64,000 nt of DNA. Source: Woeseiaceae bacterium. GTDB lineage: Bacteria; Pseudomonadota; Gammaproteobacteria; Steroidobacterales; Woeseiaceae. Where the stretch lies: assembly GCA_041553075.1 (NCBI GenBank), contig JBFEJR010000013.1:4567-68566 (forward strand), in the 5' to 3' direction. A program made the position numbers and the translations under genes. Of this stretch, positions 47,775 through 58,608 are shown one piece after another. Numbering within the stretch: the first letter of the stretch is position 1; each line of letters begins with the position of its first letter. The notes below the pieces were generated by a model that worked only from the letters and a program-made list of their open reading frames with translations, ran no database searches and was not told the origin of the DNA.

Positions 47775-48830
47775 CTAGCGGCTCAGCACGTTGGCCACCC
47801 CGAAGTAGTTCTCACCGAGCAGGTTCGCATCGAACTGGCTGATCGCCCCGGTCGGCATGAAGTCGAATACCGTGGCCACCGACCCGGACTCCGGCACCGC
47901 ATCGTCGTCGCGGCGGAATACGGCATGCCGCGCAATGTGCTTGGCGCGTTCCTGGAGCACCTTGGTCGAGTCCGCCAACCTGTCGACCTCGTCCCGGCGG
48001 CGGGCCAGGGTGACGAGGATCTCGTCGCAATCGCGCTTGCTGCCATAGTTCACCGCACCCACGCTCTTCTCGGTCGCCTCCTTGGCCATGCCGGCGAGGC
48101 TGTCCTCGTAGTACTGCAGGTAAAGCTGCTGCACGAACGACAGGATCATGAAGTTGATCGACCGTTTCGCCGCGATATCCAGCCCCTCATGGGGCGGAGG
48201 CTCGACGCTTTCGATGCGGGCGAGTTCCTGCAGCAGCGCCGCTTCCTGCTCCCGGGCGTCGCGCAACGAGGCTTCCAGTGCCTCGACGTCTGCCGCCTGT
48301 GACCTGCCGCGCATCAGCTTCGACAGTCCGCCCATCGTCTGCAGCTTGTGTCGCTCGCTCTGCAGCTGGTCCTCGAGCATCTGCAGCCGCGCACGGTGCT
48401 CGCCGAGCTGCCGGTCGACCTGTCGGCGTTCCTGCTCCAGTTCCTTGCGCCAGGCGGCCAGCGCCTTGTCCCGAATGCGCTTCTCGCGCTGCTGCTTGAG
48501 CTGTTCGGCAAACCGGGCGACGCGCGCCTCGAAATGCGTGCCGAGGCGCCGCAGCTGGTAGAACGCGACGACGTTGTGGACCCACTCGGGGTCGAGCAAC
48601 AGGGCTTCGAGGTGGTTCAGCTTCTGCTGGACCCGCTCGGTCGCCGCGTTTTCCTCCTTGATACGGTCCTTGAGCCGGTAGGCCTCGTTGCGCAGCTCGG
48701 CGAATTCTTTCTTGAGTTCGGCGCGGTTGCGAAACAGGTCGACGAGCTTGTCCGTGTCCTGTACCGGCTCATCGCTGCTGCGGAAGATTTCTGTCAGGCC
48801 TGCCACGCCTCGCCTCTTTACATAACTCAC
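47775..48830 (-). CDS. Coiled-coil protein of unknown function (351 aa)
   Basis: A long GC3-biased ORF with a GTG start. It has extended heptad-like E/R/L/Q regions. No family recognised. Confidence 0.68.
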   Translation of the reverse strand: MSYVKRRGVAGLTEIFRSSDEPVQDTDKLVDLFRNRAELKKEFAELRNEAYRLKDRIKEENAATERVQQKLNHLEALLLDPEWVHNVVAFYQLRRLGTHFEARVARFAEQLKQQREKRIRDKALAAWRKELEQERRQVDRQLGEHRARLQMLEDQLQSERHKLQTMGGLSKLMRGRSQAADVEALEASLRDAREQEAALLQELARIESVEPPPHEGLDIAAKRSINFMILSFVQQLYLQYYEDSLAGMAKEATEKSVGAVNYGSKRDCDEILVTLARRRDEVDRLADSTKVLQERAKHIARHAVFRRDDDAVPESGSVATVFDFMPTGAISQFDANLLGENYFGVANVLSR

Positions 48831-48931
48831 TTGTCCCGGGCACAGTCCGGGTGTGTCGGTAGTGCCAATACTGACATCGGGTCAAGCAGAAAACGCTGAC
48901 GGAATCGACAGAATGAGGCTGAGAGCCGCGC

Positions 48932-49393
48932 TCAGGCCTGGTGTTCGAGGATCAGGTGGCCCTGCTCGCTGAGGTAGTCCAGCCACTTGTTGAGCACCAT
49001 GTTGCGCCGCCAGCGACGGTCCAGTTCCCGGCGGTGCTCGCGCACCAGCCGCAGCCACGCGGGATGGCGCTGCCGGCTGCCGATCGCCAGGACTTCCGCC
49101 AGCTGCCCGTCCAGGTAGGCCCGGACCGTCATGTCGGGGTCCACGAGCGTGCCCTCCTCGGTCTCGAAACGGTAGGTGGCCGAGAGCGTCACCGTGTAGC
49201 GTGAACGTTCGAGAATCTCGAGGTGCAGGTCGCAGTCGCCTGCCACCCGTGAGCGGAAACAGCCGTCCAGTCGATCCAGCTCCGGAACCAGGCGCTTGAG
49301 CCGCAGGTAGTTGCTCTCGTACAGCGCCATCAGGCCGACGAAGCTGCGCGGCTTCGCGATCGTTTCCGGTACCAGGTGTGAATCGAGCAACAT
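48932..49393 (-). CDS. DUF1249 (YqiB-like) protein
   Basis: Motifs ..F..LM.LYE.NY..L.RL.P.......... and ..YLDGQ.AEV.......... and ...N..L..WL.Y.., as in DUF1249 (from memory). The ATG at 49393 is preferred over the TTG at 49423. Confidence 0.72.
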   Translation of the reverse strand: MLLDSHLVPETIAKPRSFVGLMALYESNYLRLKRLVPELDRLDGCFRSRVAGDCDLHLEILERSRYTVTLSATYRFETEEGTLVDPDMTVRAYLDGQLAEVLAIGSRQRHPAWLRLVREHRRELDRRWRRNMVLNKWLDYLSEQGHLILEHQA

Positions 49394-49425
49394 GCCGTCA
49401 ATATAGCAGCACGTGGCGGCCAATA

Positions 49426-50250
49426 TCAGGGTCGAACTCTGCGCTCCACCCCTGTAGTATCAAGGATTCTGCTCGAAATCTCCTCGATCGAGAACAGCGT
49501 CGTATCCACGAACGGGATCCCGTAACGACGAAATATTTTCTCCGCCTCGCGCAGTTCGAAGCGCACCTGCTGCGCCGACGCATAGCGCCCCAGCGAGCGC
49601 CGTTCCTTGCGGATCTCACGCAAGCGGTCCGGCGAGATCGTCAGGCCGAACAGCTTGTCTTTCTGCGCCAGCAGGAAATCCGGCAAAGTGCCGTTTTCCA
49701 GCTCGTCGTCGGTCAACGGGTAGTTGGCGGCGTACACCCCGTATTGCAGTGCAAGGTACAGGCAGGTCGGGGTCTTCCCGGATCGCGACACGCCCACCAG
49801 GATGACGTCCGCCGCATCGTAGTTGCGGCTGACTCCGCCGTCGTCGTTGGCGAGGGCGAAATTGGTCGCCTCGATGCGTTTCATGTACGCCTCGACGTCG
49901 CTGACCCCGTGCGCCTTGCCTGATACGAACTCCGGCGGCACGCCGAATTCGGCCGAGAGCGAGTCGAGAAACGCATCGAAGATGTCGAGGTGAAGGCCCT
50001 TGGACTGCTTCACGATCTCCCGCAGGTCGGGCTGTACCATCGTGGAGAAAACGATGGGTTGCAGGGCATCATCCTCGGCCCTGGCGTCGATGGTCCTGAC
50101 GGCTTCCCGCGCCTTGTCATCCGAATCTATAAATGGCAAAGTCACTTGCCGAAATTCCTGGCCGGCAAACTGGGTGAGAAGACTGTGACCGAGCGTTTCC
50201 GCGGTAACGCCGGTCTGGTCCGAAACAAAGAATACGACGCGCTCAACCAT
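49426..50250 (-). CDS. ppsR: PEP synthase regulatory protein (bifunctional kinase/pyrophosphorylase, DUF299)
   Basis: [28 protein letters not shown].. and P-loop ..[17 protein letters not shown]... It is divergent from ppsA, the classic arrangement. Confidence 0.93.
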   Translation of the reverse strand: MVERVVFFVSDQTGVTAETLGHSLLTQFAGQEFRQVTLPFIDSDDKAREAVRTIDARAEDDALQPIVFSTMVQPDLREIVKQSKGLHLDIFDAFLDSLSAEFGVPPEFVSGKAHGVSDVEAYMKRIEATNFALANDDGGVSRNYDAADVILVGVSRSGKTPTCLYLALQYGVYAANYPLTDDELENGTLPDFLLAQKDKLFGLTISPDRLREIRKERRSLGRYASAQQVRFELREAEKIFRRYGIPFVDTTLFSIEEISSRILDTTGVERRVRP

Positions 50251-50296
50251 CGGTAGGATTGTCCACGTCCTGCCTCGGAACACAAGGGAGTCTGAC

Positions 50297-52660
50297 TTGG
50301 ATCCATACGTAATCAAGCTCGCAGAGCTTGGCATGGACGACATCGAAACGGTCGGCGGCAAGAACGCGTCACTCGGCGAAATGATCAGCAATCTCTCGGG
50401 CCTCGGCGTGTCCGTGCCCGGAGGTTTCGCGACGACCGCGACCGCCTATCGGGAATTCCTGGCGGCCGACGGGCTCGACAAGCGCATCCACGCGCTGCTC
50501 GGCGATCTCGATATCGATGACATCGACGCATTGACGAGCGCCGGCGCGACGATCCGCGCCTGGATCATGGAGGCGCCACTTCCCGGCGACCTCATGCGGG
50601 ATGTCCGCGAGGCCTGGGACGAGATGTCGGCCGGCCGCGACATTTCGGTCGCGGTGCGCTCGTCGGCGACGGCGGAGGACCTGCCCGACGCGTCGTTTGC
50701 CGGCCAGCAGGAGACCTTCCTCAATGTCCGCGGATTCGACAACATGGTGGACGCGATGCACAAGGTCTTTGCCTCGCTGTTCAATGACCGCGCGATCGCG
50801 TATCGCGTGCATCATGGGTTCGACCACGGCGAGGTGGCGCTGTCCGCGGGCGTGCAATCGATGGTGCGCAGCGACGTCGGTGCGTCGGGCGTGATGTTCA
50901 CGCTGGATACCGAAACCGGTTTCCGCGATGCGGTGCTCATCACCTCCAGTTGGGGCCTCGGCGAGACCGTGGTCCAGGGCGCGGTCAACCCGGACGAGTT
51001 CTACGTCTACAAGCCAGCGCTGGCCGCCGGCAAACACCCGATCCTGCGCAAGAACCTCGGCAGCAAAGCCGTCAAGATGATCTACAGCGACAATCCGCAG
51101 CCCGGCAAGACGGTCGAAACGGTCGAGGTGGACGAGTCCGAGAGCCTGAAGTTCTCGATATCCGACGACGACATCGTCGAACTGGCCCGGATGGCCGTTA
51201 CGATCGAACGGCACTACGGGCGCCCGATGGACATCGAGTGGGGCAAAGACGGCACCGACGGCAAGCTGTACATCCTCCAGGCCCGCCCAGAGACGGTTCA
51301 GAGCCGCTCGGGTACCTCGATCCAGCGCTTCACGCTCACGGGCAAGAGCAAGGTCGTTATCACCGGCCGCAGCATCGGCCAGAAAATCGGCACCGGCACC
51401 GCCCGGGTCATTCGCTCGGTGGCCGAGATGAACCGGGTGCAGGCTGGCGACGTGCTGGTCTCGGACATGACGGACCCGGACTGGGAGCCGGTCATGAAAC
51501 GCGCCTCGGCCATCGTCACCAATCGTGGTGGGCGTACCTGCCATGCCGCCATTATCGCGCGCGAACTGGGTATCCCGGCCGTGGTCGGTTGCGGCAATGC
51601 CACCGAGACGATTGCGGACGGCAGCGAGGTAACGGTTAGTTGTGCGGAGGGTGACGAAGGCTTTGTCTACGAGGGTCTTCTCGATTTCGAGGAAACCAGT
51701 ATCGAGCTCGACTCGCTGCCGGAGATACCGGTCAAGATCATGATGAACGTCGGTAATCCCGACCGCGCATTCGATTTCGCTAACATCCCGAACTGCGGCG
51801 TCGGCCTCGCGCGACTCGAGTTCATCATCAATCGCATGATCGGCGTCCATCCGCAGGCGTTGCTCGAATACGGCAGCCTGGACGCGGACACGAAAGCCGC
51901 GGTCGATGACCAGATGGCGGGCTACCCGGATCCGGTGGAGTTCTTCGTCGACAAGCTCGCCGAGGGAGTTGCGACAATCGCCGCGGCGTTTGCGCCCGAG
52001 CCCGTGATCGTGCGCATGTCGGACTTCAAGTCAAACGAGTATGCCAACCTGATCGGCGGCGATCGTTACGAACCGAAAGAAGAGAACCCGATGCTCGGCT
52101 TCCGTGGTGCGGGCCGGTATGTCGCGGACAGCTTCCGCCCGTGCTTCGAACTCGAATGCCGGGCGCTGCGCCGGGTGCGTAACGACATGGGCCTGGCCAA
52201 CGTCGAAATCATGATCCCGTTCGTGCGCACCGTGCAACAGGCCAGGGACGTCATCGAGCTGATGGCCGCAAACGGTTTGGAGCGCGGCGTCGACGGGCTC
52301 CGCATCATCATGATGTCGGAACTGCCGACCAATGCACTGCTTGCCGATCAGTATCTCGAGTACTTCGATGGCATGTCCATCGGCTCCAACGACATGACCC
52401 AGCTCGCACTGGGTCTCGACCGGGACTCCGCGCTCGTTGCCGAATATTTCGACGAGCGCGACGATGCCGTGAAGGCCTTGCTAGCCATGACGATCTCGGC
52501 CTGCAAGGCCAAGGGCAAGTACATCGGGATCTGCGGCCAGGGCCCGTCGGATCATGCCGATTTCGCGCGCTGGCTGCTCGACCAGGGCATCGAGAGCATG
52601 TCGCTGAATCCCGATACCGTGATCGAAACGTGGATGTTCCTCGCCGGCGAAAAGGTCTGA
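50297..52660 (+). CDS. ppsA: Phosphoenolpyruvate synthase
   Basis: A 787-aa ORF: ..LGM.D...[11 protein letters not shown].., phospho-histidine region ..[24 protein letters not shown].., and a C-terminal PEP-utilising domain. The TTG start lies 6 nt after GGGAG. Confidence 0.96.
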   Translation: MDPYVIKLAELGMDDIETVGGKNASLGEMISNLSGLGVSVPGGFATTATAYREFLAADGLDKRIHALLGDLDIDDIDALTSAGATIRAWIMEAPLPGDLMRDVREAWDEMSAGRDISVAVRSSATAEDLPDASFAGQQETFLNVRGFDNMVDAMHKVFASLFNDRAIAYRVHHGFDHGEVALSAGVQSMVRSDVGASGVMFTLDTETGFRDAVLITSSWGLGETVVQGAVNPDEFYVYKPALAAGKHPILRKNLGSKAVKMIYSDNPQPGKTVETVEVDESESLKFSISDDDIVELARMAVTIERHYGRPMDIEWGKDGTDGKLYILQARPETVQSRSGTSIQRFTLTGKSKVVITGRSIGQKIGTGTARVIRSVAEMNRVQAGDVLVSDMTDPDWEPVMKRASAIVTNRGGRTCHAAIIARELGIPAVVGCGNATETIADGSEVTVSCAEGDEGFVYEGLLDFEETSIELDSLPEIPVKIMMNVGNPDRAFDFANIPNCGVGLARLEFIINRMIGVHPQALLEYGSLDADTKAAVDDQMAGYPDPVEFFVDKLAEGVATIAAAFAPEPVIVRMSDFKSNEYANLIGGDRYEPKEENPMLGFRGAGRYVADSFRPCFELECRALRRVRNDMGLANVEIMIPFVRTVQQARDVIELMAANGLERGVDGLRIIMMSELPTNALLADQYLEYFDGMSIGSNDMTQLALGLDRDSALVAEYFDERDDAVKALLAMTISACKAKGKYIGICGQGPSDHADFARWLLDQGIESMSLNPDTVIETWMFLAGEKV

Positions 52661-52670
52661 GCGACGCCGC

Positions 52671-53342
52671 CTAGAATCGGTCGTATCGAGAGCGGCGCTG
52701 CCAGCGGATTCGCGGCAGCCACACGCCGAGCAGGATGCCGATGAACAGCACGAGCGCGCCGGCCATGAACCAGTAGCGCGTGGTCTGGCTCGACAGCGAG
52801 CGGTTCTCCTGCTCCAGCGTATCGGCCCGGATCTGCGCCGCGGTCAGCTGCTCCATCAACGACTTGTTCTGCTCGTTCAGCGACAGGGCATTGGCGGCCG
52901 TGCGCTTGATCTCGGCCAGTTCGTTCTCTACCGCCGCTTTCTCACGCTCCAGCGTGGCAATCTGCTGCGTGGCCGCATCGTACTCGCTGCGAATCGCCGC
53001 CAGCTGGGAATTCAGCGAGGTGCCACGCGAATTGGCATTGGTCAGCTGGCTGGTGAGCCGCTGCAACTGTTCGCGCGCGCTCGGCTCGTTCATCAGGTAA
53101 CGCGTCAGGACCCAGCCCTCGGTGCCGCGCTGGGTGCGGACACGCGTGTAGCCGGTTTCTGCGTCGCGCTCCAGGACCTCGAGTTCGGTCCCGCTGTCGA
53201 TCATCAGCTGGATTGCGTTGCTCGTGCTCGGTCCCGAGCGCAGCGTTATCTCGAACTGGTCGCTGACCCACGCCGATTCGGCAGCGGCAATGCCCGCCAG
53301 CAACAGGAGCCCGAGCCCGAAAATACTTTTGCTTGTAGTCAT
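52671..53342 (-). CDS. SH3-domain membrane-anchored protein (YgiM/TIGR04211-like)
   Basis: Signal peptide, then ..W.SD.....RSGPS....I......G...EVLE.....GY..VRT..G.EGWVL.RYL... A coiled coil and a C-terminal TM segment follow. Confidence 0.8.
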   Translation of the reverse strand: MTTSKSIFGLGLLLLAGIAAAESAWVSDQFEITLRSGPSTSNAIQLMIDSGTELEVLERDAETGYTRVRTQRGTEGWVLTRYLMNEPSAREQLQRLTSQLTNANSRGTSLNSQLAAIRSEYDAATQQIATLEREKAAVENELAEIKRTAANALSLNEQNKSLMEQLTAAQIRADTLEQENRSLSSQTTRYWFMAGALVLFIGILLGVWLPRIRWQRRSRYDRF

Positions 53343-53424
53343 GATGCGCAACTATAAGGCAAGCTCGCCAAGCGCGCCACCTAATACCGTGCGAAATCAG
53401 TCGCTTATCGGCGACAGCTTCGTG

Positions 53425-54027
53425 TCATTCGCTTTCCTTTTTCCACACGGCGACGTAGTTGTTGGAGGGCACGGCATACCATCGACACCGGGTCAGACCA
53501 CTGTGACGGCCGAAATCGGTAAGCGTCTCGAGATCGCGAATCCCCATTGACGGGTCGCGCCGGCGCAGGCTGGCGTGAAACGCCTCGTTGCTCGGTGTAT
53601 TGAAGGTCCCGCCGGAGCGGAAAGGTCCGTACAGGCAGAACACACCGCCGGTACGCAACGCCTTGCCGGCCAGCGAGAACATGGCGCGAACGGCCTCGAT
53701 GTCCATGATGTGCGCGGTATTGGCCGAGAAAACGGCATCGAACGATGCCGGAGTCAGCGTCGCGGTGCGTACATCGAGCGATATGGGTGCGCCGACATTG
53801 TCGCCGCCGGCCTCGCGCAGCCACGCACGGATGCCCGCGTGTTGCGCCTCGAGATCGCTGGTCTGCCAGTGCAGGTGAGGCAGCGCCGCGGCGAACGTCA
53901 CGGCATGCTGGCCCGTGCCGGAGCCGATCTCCAGCACGTTCGAGCAATCGCGAAACTCGCGTTTCAGTATCTCCAGGATCGGTCCGGCATTGCGCGCCGC
54001 GTACTCGGCAAACGGCCGTTCAGCCAT
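53425..54027 (-). CDS. DUF938 family SAM-dependent methyltransferase-like protein
   Basis: Motif ..[10 protein letters not shown].......[23 protein letters not shown].., typical of DUF938 (from memory). The ATG at 54027 overlaps the orn 3' end by 8 nt. Confidence 0.8.
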   Translation of the reverse strand: MAERPFAEYAARNAGPILEILKREFRDCSNVLEIGSGTGQHAVTFAAALPHLHWQTSDLEAQHAGIRAWLREAGGDNVGAPISLDVRTATLTPASFDAVFSANTAHIMDIEAVRAMFSLAGKALRTGGVFCLYGPFRSGGTFNTPSNEAFHASLRRRDPSMGIRDLETLTDFGRHSGLTRCRWYAVPSNNYVAVWKKESE

Positions 54028-54604
54028 CCGCGGTGGCCGCCTGCAGCACGCTCGCATCGAACAGGTTGTCGCGATACCAGGCCAGTTCCGCGATGGAGTC
54101 GCGAATGTCCGACAGCGCGAGGTGGGCCGACTCCTTGTTGAAGCCGCGGGCCACGGCCGGCGCCCACTGGCTGGCGAGGATCTTCAACGTGCTGACGTCG
54201 AGATTGCGGTAATGGAAATAGGCCTCGAGTTCGGGCATCTCGCGGGCGAGAAAACGCCGATCCTGGCAGATGCTGTTGCCGCACATCGGCGAGGCGCCCT
54301 GGTCCACCCACTCGCGCAAAAACGCCAGGGTCGCACGCTCTGCCTCGGGCGCATCGATCTGGCTGTCCAGCACGCGCGCGGTCAGCCCGGACTCGGCGTG
54401 CTGGCGCGTATTCCACTCATCCATCGCCCCCATCGTCTCCGGCGACTGGCCGATCGCCAGGACCGGGCCGGTCGCAAGTTCGTTGAGGTACTTGTCCGTC
54501 ACGACGGTCGCGATCTCGATGATCGAGTCCGTTTGCGTGCAAAGACCGGTCATTTCGAGGTCGATCCAGACCAGGTTGGTTGTGCGATCGTCGGCTGCTG
54601 TCAT
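54020..54604 (-). CDS. orn: Oligoribonuclease
   Basis: Motifs ..[11 protein letters not shown]......IIEIAT.VTD..L.., ..CGNSI.QDRRFL.., and ..H.AL.DI..SI.EL..YR... Confidence 0.95.
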   Translation of the reverse strand: MTAADDRTTNLVWIDLEMTGLCTQTDSIIEIATVVTDKYLNELATGPVLAIGQSPETMGAMDEWNTRQHAESGLTARVLDSQIDAPEAERATLAFLREWVDQGASPMCGNSICQDRRFLAREMPELEAYFHYRNLDVSTLKILASQWAPAVARGFNKESAHLALSDIRDSIAELAWYRDNLFDASVLQAATADG

Positions 54605-54629
54605 GATGCTCGCAGTCTATACTCCCGCT

Positions 54630-55520
54630 ATGGTTCGCGCCACGGTCACAGCGACTTACAGTCGACGCATGCAAGTACGCCTCGAAAACGGCACCGAAAC
54701 CGATGCCCGTATCAAGGGCAAGCGCCTGAAGCCCGTGTGCGGCGACCGTGTAACCGTGGAGCCTATTCCCGATGAGCAGGAGTGGCTGATAACGGCCGTC
54801 GCCCGGCGTGACAACGAACTGACGCGCCCGGATGCGCGCGGCCGGACGGAGGTGCTGGCCGCCAACGTCGACTACCTGTGCGTCGTGGCCGCCGCGGAGC
54901 CCAAAGCCGACTGGTTCATTGTCGATCGTTACCTGTGTGCGGCCGAGCTCATGGGTATCGAAGCCGGTGTCGTCTATAACAAGATCGACCTCGACGCCGA
55001 GGCACCCGGTGCGGAGCTCGACGTTTATCGCGCCATCGGCTATGACGTCGTGACCTGCAGCGCGGCGACCGGCCGCGGCATCGACTCGGTGGGGGCGCTG
55101 CTCGCAGGCCACTGCAGCATCATCGTGGGCCAGTCCGGCGTCGGCAAATCGACGATCATCAATCGACTCGTCGGGACCGACCTGCAGAAGACCTCGGAGA
55201 TCTCCGGGAAGACCCGTGAAGGACGGCACACGACGGTCAATTCGTCGATGATCTCGTTACCCGGCGGCGGGTCGATCATCGATTCGCCGGGGGTGCGCGA
55301 TTACGCGCCCGCCCTTGAATCGTCGACGATCGCATCCCAGGGTTTTCGCGAGATTCGAGCCGCTGCGGCGGAGTGCCGGTTCGCCAATTGCCGCCACCTG
55401 CGGGAACCGGGCTGCGCCGTCAAGGCGCAGGTCGAATCGGCTGCGATCAGCGCGCGCCGTTACGAAAGCTACAAGCGCATCGTCAACCTGACACAGCAGC
55501 TGACCGCGGGCCGCTACTAG
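54630..55520 (+). CDS. rsgA: Ribosome small-subunit biogenesis GTPase RsgA (YjeQ)
   Basis: OB-fold N-terminus, circularly permuted GTPase (..NKIDL.., ..GQSGVGKST..N.L..), and a C-terminal zinc knuckle C..C.H..EPGC.V. It is divergent from orn as in E. coli. The ATG at 54630 is preferred. Confidence 0.92.
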   Translation: MVRATVTATYSRRMQVRLENGTETDARIKGKRLKPVCGDRVTVEPIPDEQEWLITAVARRDNELTRPDARGRTEVLAANVDYLCVVAAAEPKADWFIVDRYLCAAELMGIEAGVVYNKIDLDAEAPGAELDVYRAIGYDVVTCSAATGRGIDSVGALLAGHCSIIVGQSGVGKSTIINRLVGTDLQKTSEISGKTREGRHTTVNSSMISLPGGGSIIDSPGVRDYAPALESSTIASQGFREIRAAAAECRFANCRHLREPGCAVKAQVESAAISARRYESYKRIVNLTQQLTAGRY

Positions 55521-55858
55521 AAGGGCGGCCACCCCATCCGCCTGCCGCCCAGCACGTGCAGGTGGATGTGAAAAACGGTCTGCCCCGCCGCTTCGTTGCA
55601 GTTCATGACCGCGCGATACCCTTCGTCGGCAATGCCCTCGCTCGCGGCGATCTCTCGCGCGGCCGTATACAGGCTGCCGACAATCGAATGGTCGTCCGGG
55701 TCGATATCGTTCATCGACGCGATGTGCTTACGCGGTATGACGAGAACGTGCGTCGGCGCCTGCGGGTTGATGTCGCGAAACGCAATGGCCGTATCGGATT
55801 CGTAAACGAGCTCCGCCGGGATTTCGCCGGCGACGATCTTGCAGAACAGGCAGTCCAT
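55517..55858 (-). CDS. HIT-family (histidine triad) nucleotide-binding protein
   Basis: MDCLFCKIVAGEIPA..VYE.D...AFRDI.PQAP.H.LVIP.KH.. and HIHLHVLGG. The ATG at 55858 is preferred. Confidence 0.92.
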   Translation of the reverse strand: MDCLFCKIVAGEIPAELVYESDTAIAFRDINPQAPTHVLVIPRKHIASMNDIDPDDHSIVGSLYTAAREIAASEGIADEGYRAVMNCNEAAGQTVFHIHLHVLGGRRMGWPPF

Positions 55859-55868
55859 GTCAGCTCCT

Positions 55869-56468
55869 TCAGTCAACGGCACGCCTCCCGTAGAACGCAT
55901 GCGACAGCGTCCCACCATCGACGTACTCCAGTTCGCCGCCGAGCGGCACGCCGTGCGCAATGCGGCTGGCCTTCACGTTCCGCCGGCCCGCAAGGTCGGC
56001 GAGATAGTGGGCCGTGGCGTCACCCTCGACGGTGGGATTGGTGGCAATGATCAGTTCCTGGACCTCGCCGGCCGCGAGCCAGTCCTCGAGCTGGCCGAGC
56101 CCGAGTTCCTCGGGACCGATGCCATCGAGCGGCGACAGGTGGCCCATCAGTACGAAATACAGGCCGCGATACCCGGTTGCATCCTCGAGGGCCATGACGT
56201 CGGCCGGCGATTCGACCACGCAAAGCTGCGTGGAATCCCGGCCCGACGCCGCGCAGATGGCACACAGCTCATGCTCGGTGAACATCCGACAGCGCTGGCA
56301 ATGACCGATCCCGGCGACGGCCTCCGCCAACGCCGCAGACAGCTGCGTGGCGCCGTCGCGGTCCCTTTCCAACAGGTGAAACGCGATGCGCTGGGCCGAT
56401 TTCTGCCCGACACCCGGCATGCATCGCAGCCCGTCGATGAGCCGCACGAGTAAAGGCGAATACGCCAT
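55869..56468 (-). CDS. recR: Recombination protein RecR
   Basis: Motifs ..L...L..LPG.G.KSAQR.AFHLL.. and C4 zinc finger C.RC....E...C.IC, followed by a Toprim domain. Confidence 0.96.
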   Translation of the reverse strand: MAYSPLLVRLIDGLRCMPGVGQKSAQRIAFHLLERDRDGATQLSAALAEAVAGIGHCQRCRMFTEHELCAICAASGRDSTQLCVVESPADVMALEDATGYRGLYFVLMGHLSPLDGIGPEELGLGQLEDWLAAGEVQELIIATNPTVEGDATAHYLADLAGRRNVKASRIAHGVPLGGELEYVDGGTLSHAFYGRRAVD

Positions 56469-56792
56469 CTAGAACGGCAGTTTTATGCCCGGCGGGAGAT
56501 TCAGCCCGGCGGCCATGCCCGAGAACTTTTCCTGGACGGTCTTCTCCACCTTGCTGACCGCATCGTTCATCGCGGCGACGACCAGGTCTTCGAGCATGTC
56601 CTTGTCATCGCCGATCATCGAGTCGTCGATCTCGACCCGCTGTACCTGGTGCTGGCAGTTCATGGTCACGCGCACCATGCCCGCGCCGGATTCGCCCGTC
56701 ACCAACAGCGCCGCCATTTCTTCCTGCGCCTTCTTCATGTTGGCCTGCATTTCCTGTGCCTGCTTCATCAGCTGGCCAATACCACCCTTCAT
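56469..56792 (-). CDS. ybaB: Nucleoid-associated protein YbaB/EbfC
   Basis: [22 protein letters not shown]......G.SG.G.V.V.M.... The ATG shares one nt with the dnaX TGA. Confidence 0.93.
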   Translation of the reverse strand: MKGGIGQLMKQAQEMQANMKKAQEEMAALLVTGESGAGMVRVTMNCQHQVQRVEIDDSMIGDDKDMLEDLVVAAMNDAVSKVEKTVQEKFSGMAAGLNLPPGIKLPF

Positions 56793-58405
56793 CAACTGTT
56801 CCCCTGGTCTGCGTGCGGCGGCTCCAGCAACTCGATCGAGTCTGCCTTGATCTCGGCGCCGAACATGTTCTTCAGTGCCTGGACGTTCGGATCGGCTTCC
56901 AGCGACCGACGCGCTGCTTCCAGCTGCTCATCCGCCAGGCGCGTTTCGGCCTGCACAGGGGTCTCTCCGGAAGCAGCGCCCAGTTCGATGCCGACGCTTA
57001 GTTTCTCACCGAAATGCTCCGACAATTTGCGGGCCAGTGCATCCTTGCGACTGTTGGTAAGCAACGACTCGGATCGCGGGTCAAGTCCCAGGCACACGGT
57101 GTCGCCTTCGCGCCTCAGAAACACGCAGTTGCTGGCGAGCAGGCGCACGGCGCCGCCGAGCCCGAGCTGTGCGACGAGATCACTCCAGTCCGGATCCGAC
57201 CAGCTTGCCCTGGCCGCCGGCCTGGCTTTGGCGCCCGCCGTCGCTGCCCCGCGATCGGCGGTTGCGGCTTTCCCCGGTGCGGTCTCCCTGCCGCCCGGGG
57301 TGCTGCCTGAGGCCGCAGGCGGCGCCGGCCGAAAAGCCAGCATGCGCAGCAGGGTCATTTCGGCACCGCTGCGCGGATCGGGCGCAAGGTGCAGGTCGCG
57401 GCGTCCAATGATCGCAACCTGGTAGAAGAGCTGCACGTCCGCGGCAGGAAGCAACTCCGCCAGTTCCGCATACTCCTTCTCTTTCAGCTCATCCTCGGCG
57501 TCGCAGGTTCCGACCACCTGGAAGACCGCGATCCGCTGCAGGTCCCGCGCCAGGTCTTCGAGCAGGCGCCCGTAATTCGGAAACTGCTCGTCGATCTCGC
57601 GGATCGCCTCGACCATGCCACGGGCATCGTCGGCAGCCAGCAACCGCAAGAGGCGCACGACGTGATCGCGATCGATCGTGCCGAGCATCTTGGCGACCTG
57701 CGGTTCCGTGATGGCGCCGCCGCAGTACGCAATCGCCTGGTCGAGCAGGCTCAGCGCATCGCGCATGCTGCCGTCCGCCGCCCGGGCAATCGTGGCCAGC
57801 GCGGCAGTTTCGGTCTCTATGGATTCGGCTTCACAAATATACGCGAGGCGATCCGAGATCAGGCGCGGCGTCATGCGCTTCAGGTTGAACTGGAGGCAGC
57901 GCGACAGCACGGTCACCGGCAACTTCTGCGGGTCCGTGGTCGCCAGCAGAAACTTGACGTGAGGCGGCGGCTCTTCCAGCGTCTTCAGGAGCGCGTTGAA
58001 CGAACTCTTGGACAACATGTGGACCTCGTCGATCAGGTACACCTTGTAGCGCCCGCGGGCAGGCGCATACTGGACGTTGTCGAGCAGGTCGCGCGTATCG
58101 TCGACCTTGGTCTTCGAGGCCGCATCGACCTCGATCAGGTCGACAAACCGGCCCTCGTCGATTTCCACGCAGGCACTGCACTCACCGCAGGGCTCGGACG
58201 TGACACCCTTTTCGCAGTTCAGCGCCTTCGCCAGGATGCGGGCGATGGTGGTCTTGCCGACGCCGCGTGTCCCGGTAAACAGGTAGGCATGGTGAAGGCG
58301 GCCGGAATCGAGGGCATTGATCAGGGCCTGGAGGACGTGCTCCTGGCCGACGGTATCTGCAAAGTCTTTGGGCCGCCACTTGCGGGCCAGGACGAGATAG
58401 CTCAT
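56792..58405 (-). CDS. dnaX: DNA polymerase III subunit tau/gamma
   Basis: [14 protein letters not shown]...VGQEHV...L.NAL...[23 protein letters not shown]. and zinc module C..C..C, with a Pro/Ala-rich linker. The product is 537 aa. Confidence 0.95.
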   Translation of the reverse strand: MSYLVLARKWRPKDFADTVGQEHVLQALINALDSGRLHHAYLFTGTRGVGKTTIARILAKALNCEKGVTSEPCGECSACVEIDEGRFVDLIEVDAASKTKVDDTRDLLDNVQYAPARGRYKVYLIDEVHMLSKSSFNALLKTLEEPPPHVKFLLATTDPQKLPVTVLSRCLQFNLKRMTPRLISDRLAYICEAESIETETAALATIARAADGSMRDALSLLDQAIAYCGGAITEPQVAKMLGTIDRDHVVRLLRLLAADDARGMVEAIREIDEQFPNYGRLLEDLARDLQRIAVFQVVGTCDAEDELKEKEYAELAELLPAADVQLFYQVAIIGRRDLHLAPDPRSGAEMTLLRMLAFRPAPPAASGSTPGGRETAPGKAATADRGAATAGAKARPAARASWSDPDWSDLVAQLGLGGAVRLLASNCVFLRREGDTVCLGLDPRSESLLTNSRKDALARKLSEHFGEKLSVGIELGAASGETPVQAETRLADEQLEAARRSLEADPNVQALKNMFGAEIKADSIELLEPPHADQGNS

Positions 58406-58454
58406 AGGTGATCGTTGCCTTCGGGTGCTGCCGAACGGCTAAGTGTAACGTAAA

Positions 58455-58563
<109 letters not shown>

Positions 58564-58569
58564 GCGGCG

Positions 58570-58598
58570 ATTATCTCCGCATCGGGCCGGCGACACAA
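58570..58598 (-). promoter_or_regulatory. Candidate sigma-70 promoter of ffs
   Basis: The minus strand reads TTGTGT-N17-GATAAT, ending about 7 nt before the predicted SRP RNA 5' end. Confidence 0.5.
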
Positions 58599-58608
58599 CC
58601 GGCGGGGC

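Noticed and set aside
56792-58405. Programmed -1 ribosomal frameshift in dnaX producing the gamma subunit.
   Set aside because: I found no A-AAA-AAG-type slippery heptamer (CTTTTTT on the + strand) or equivalent within the gene. The linker region is Pro/Ala-rich with GC-rich codons.
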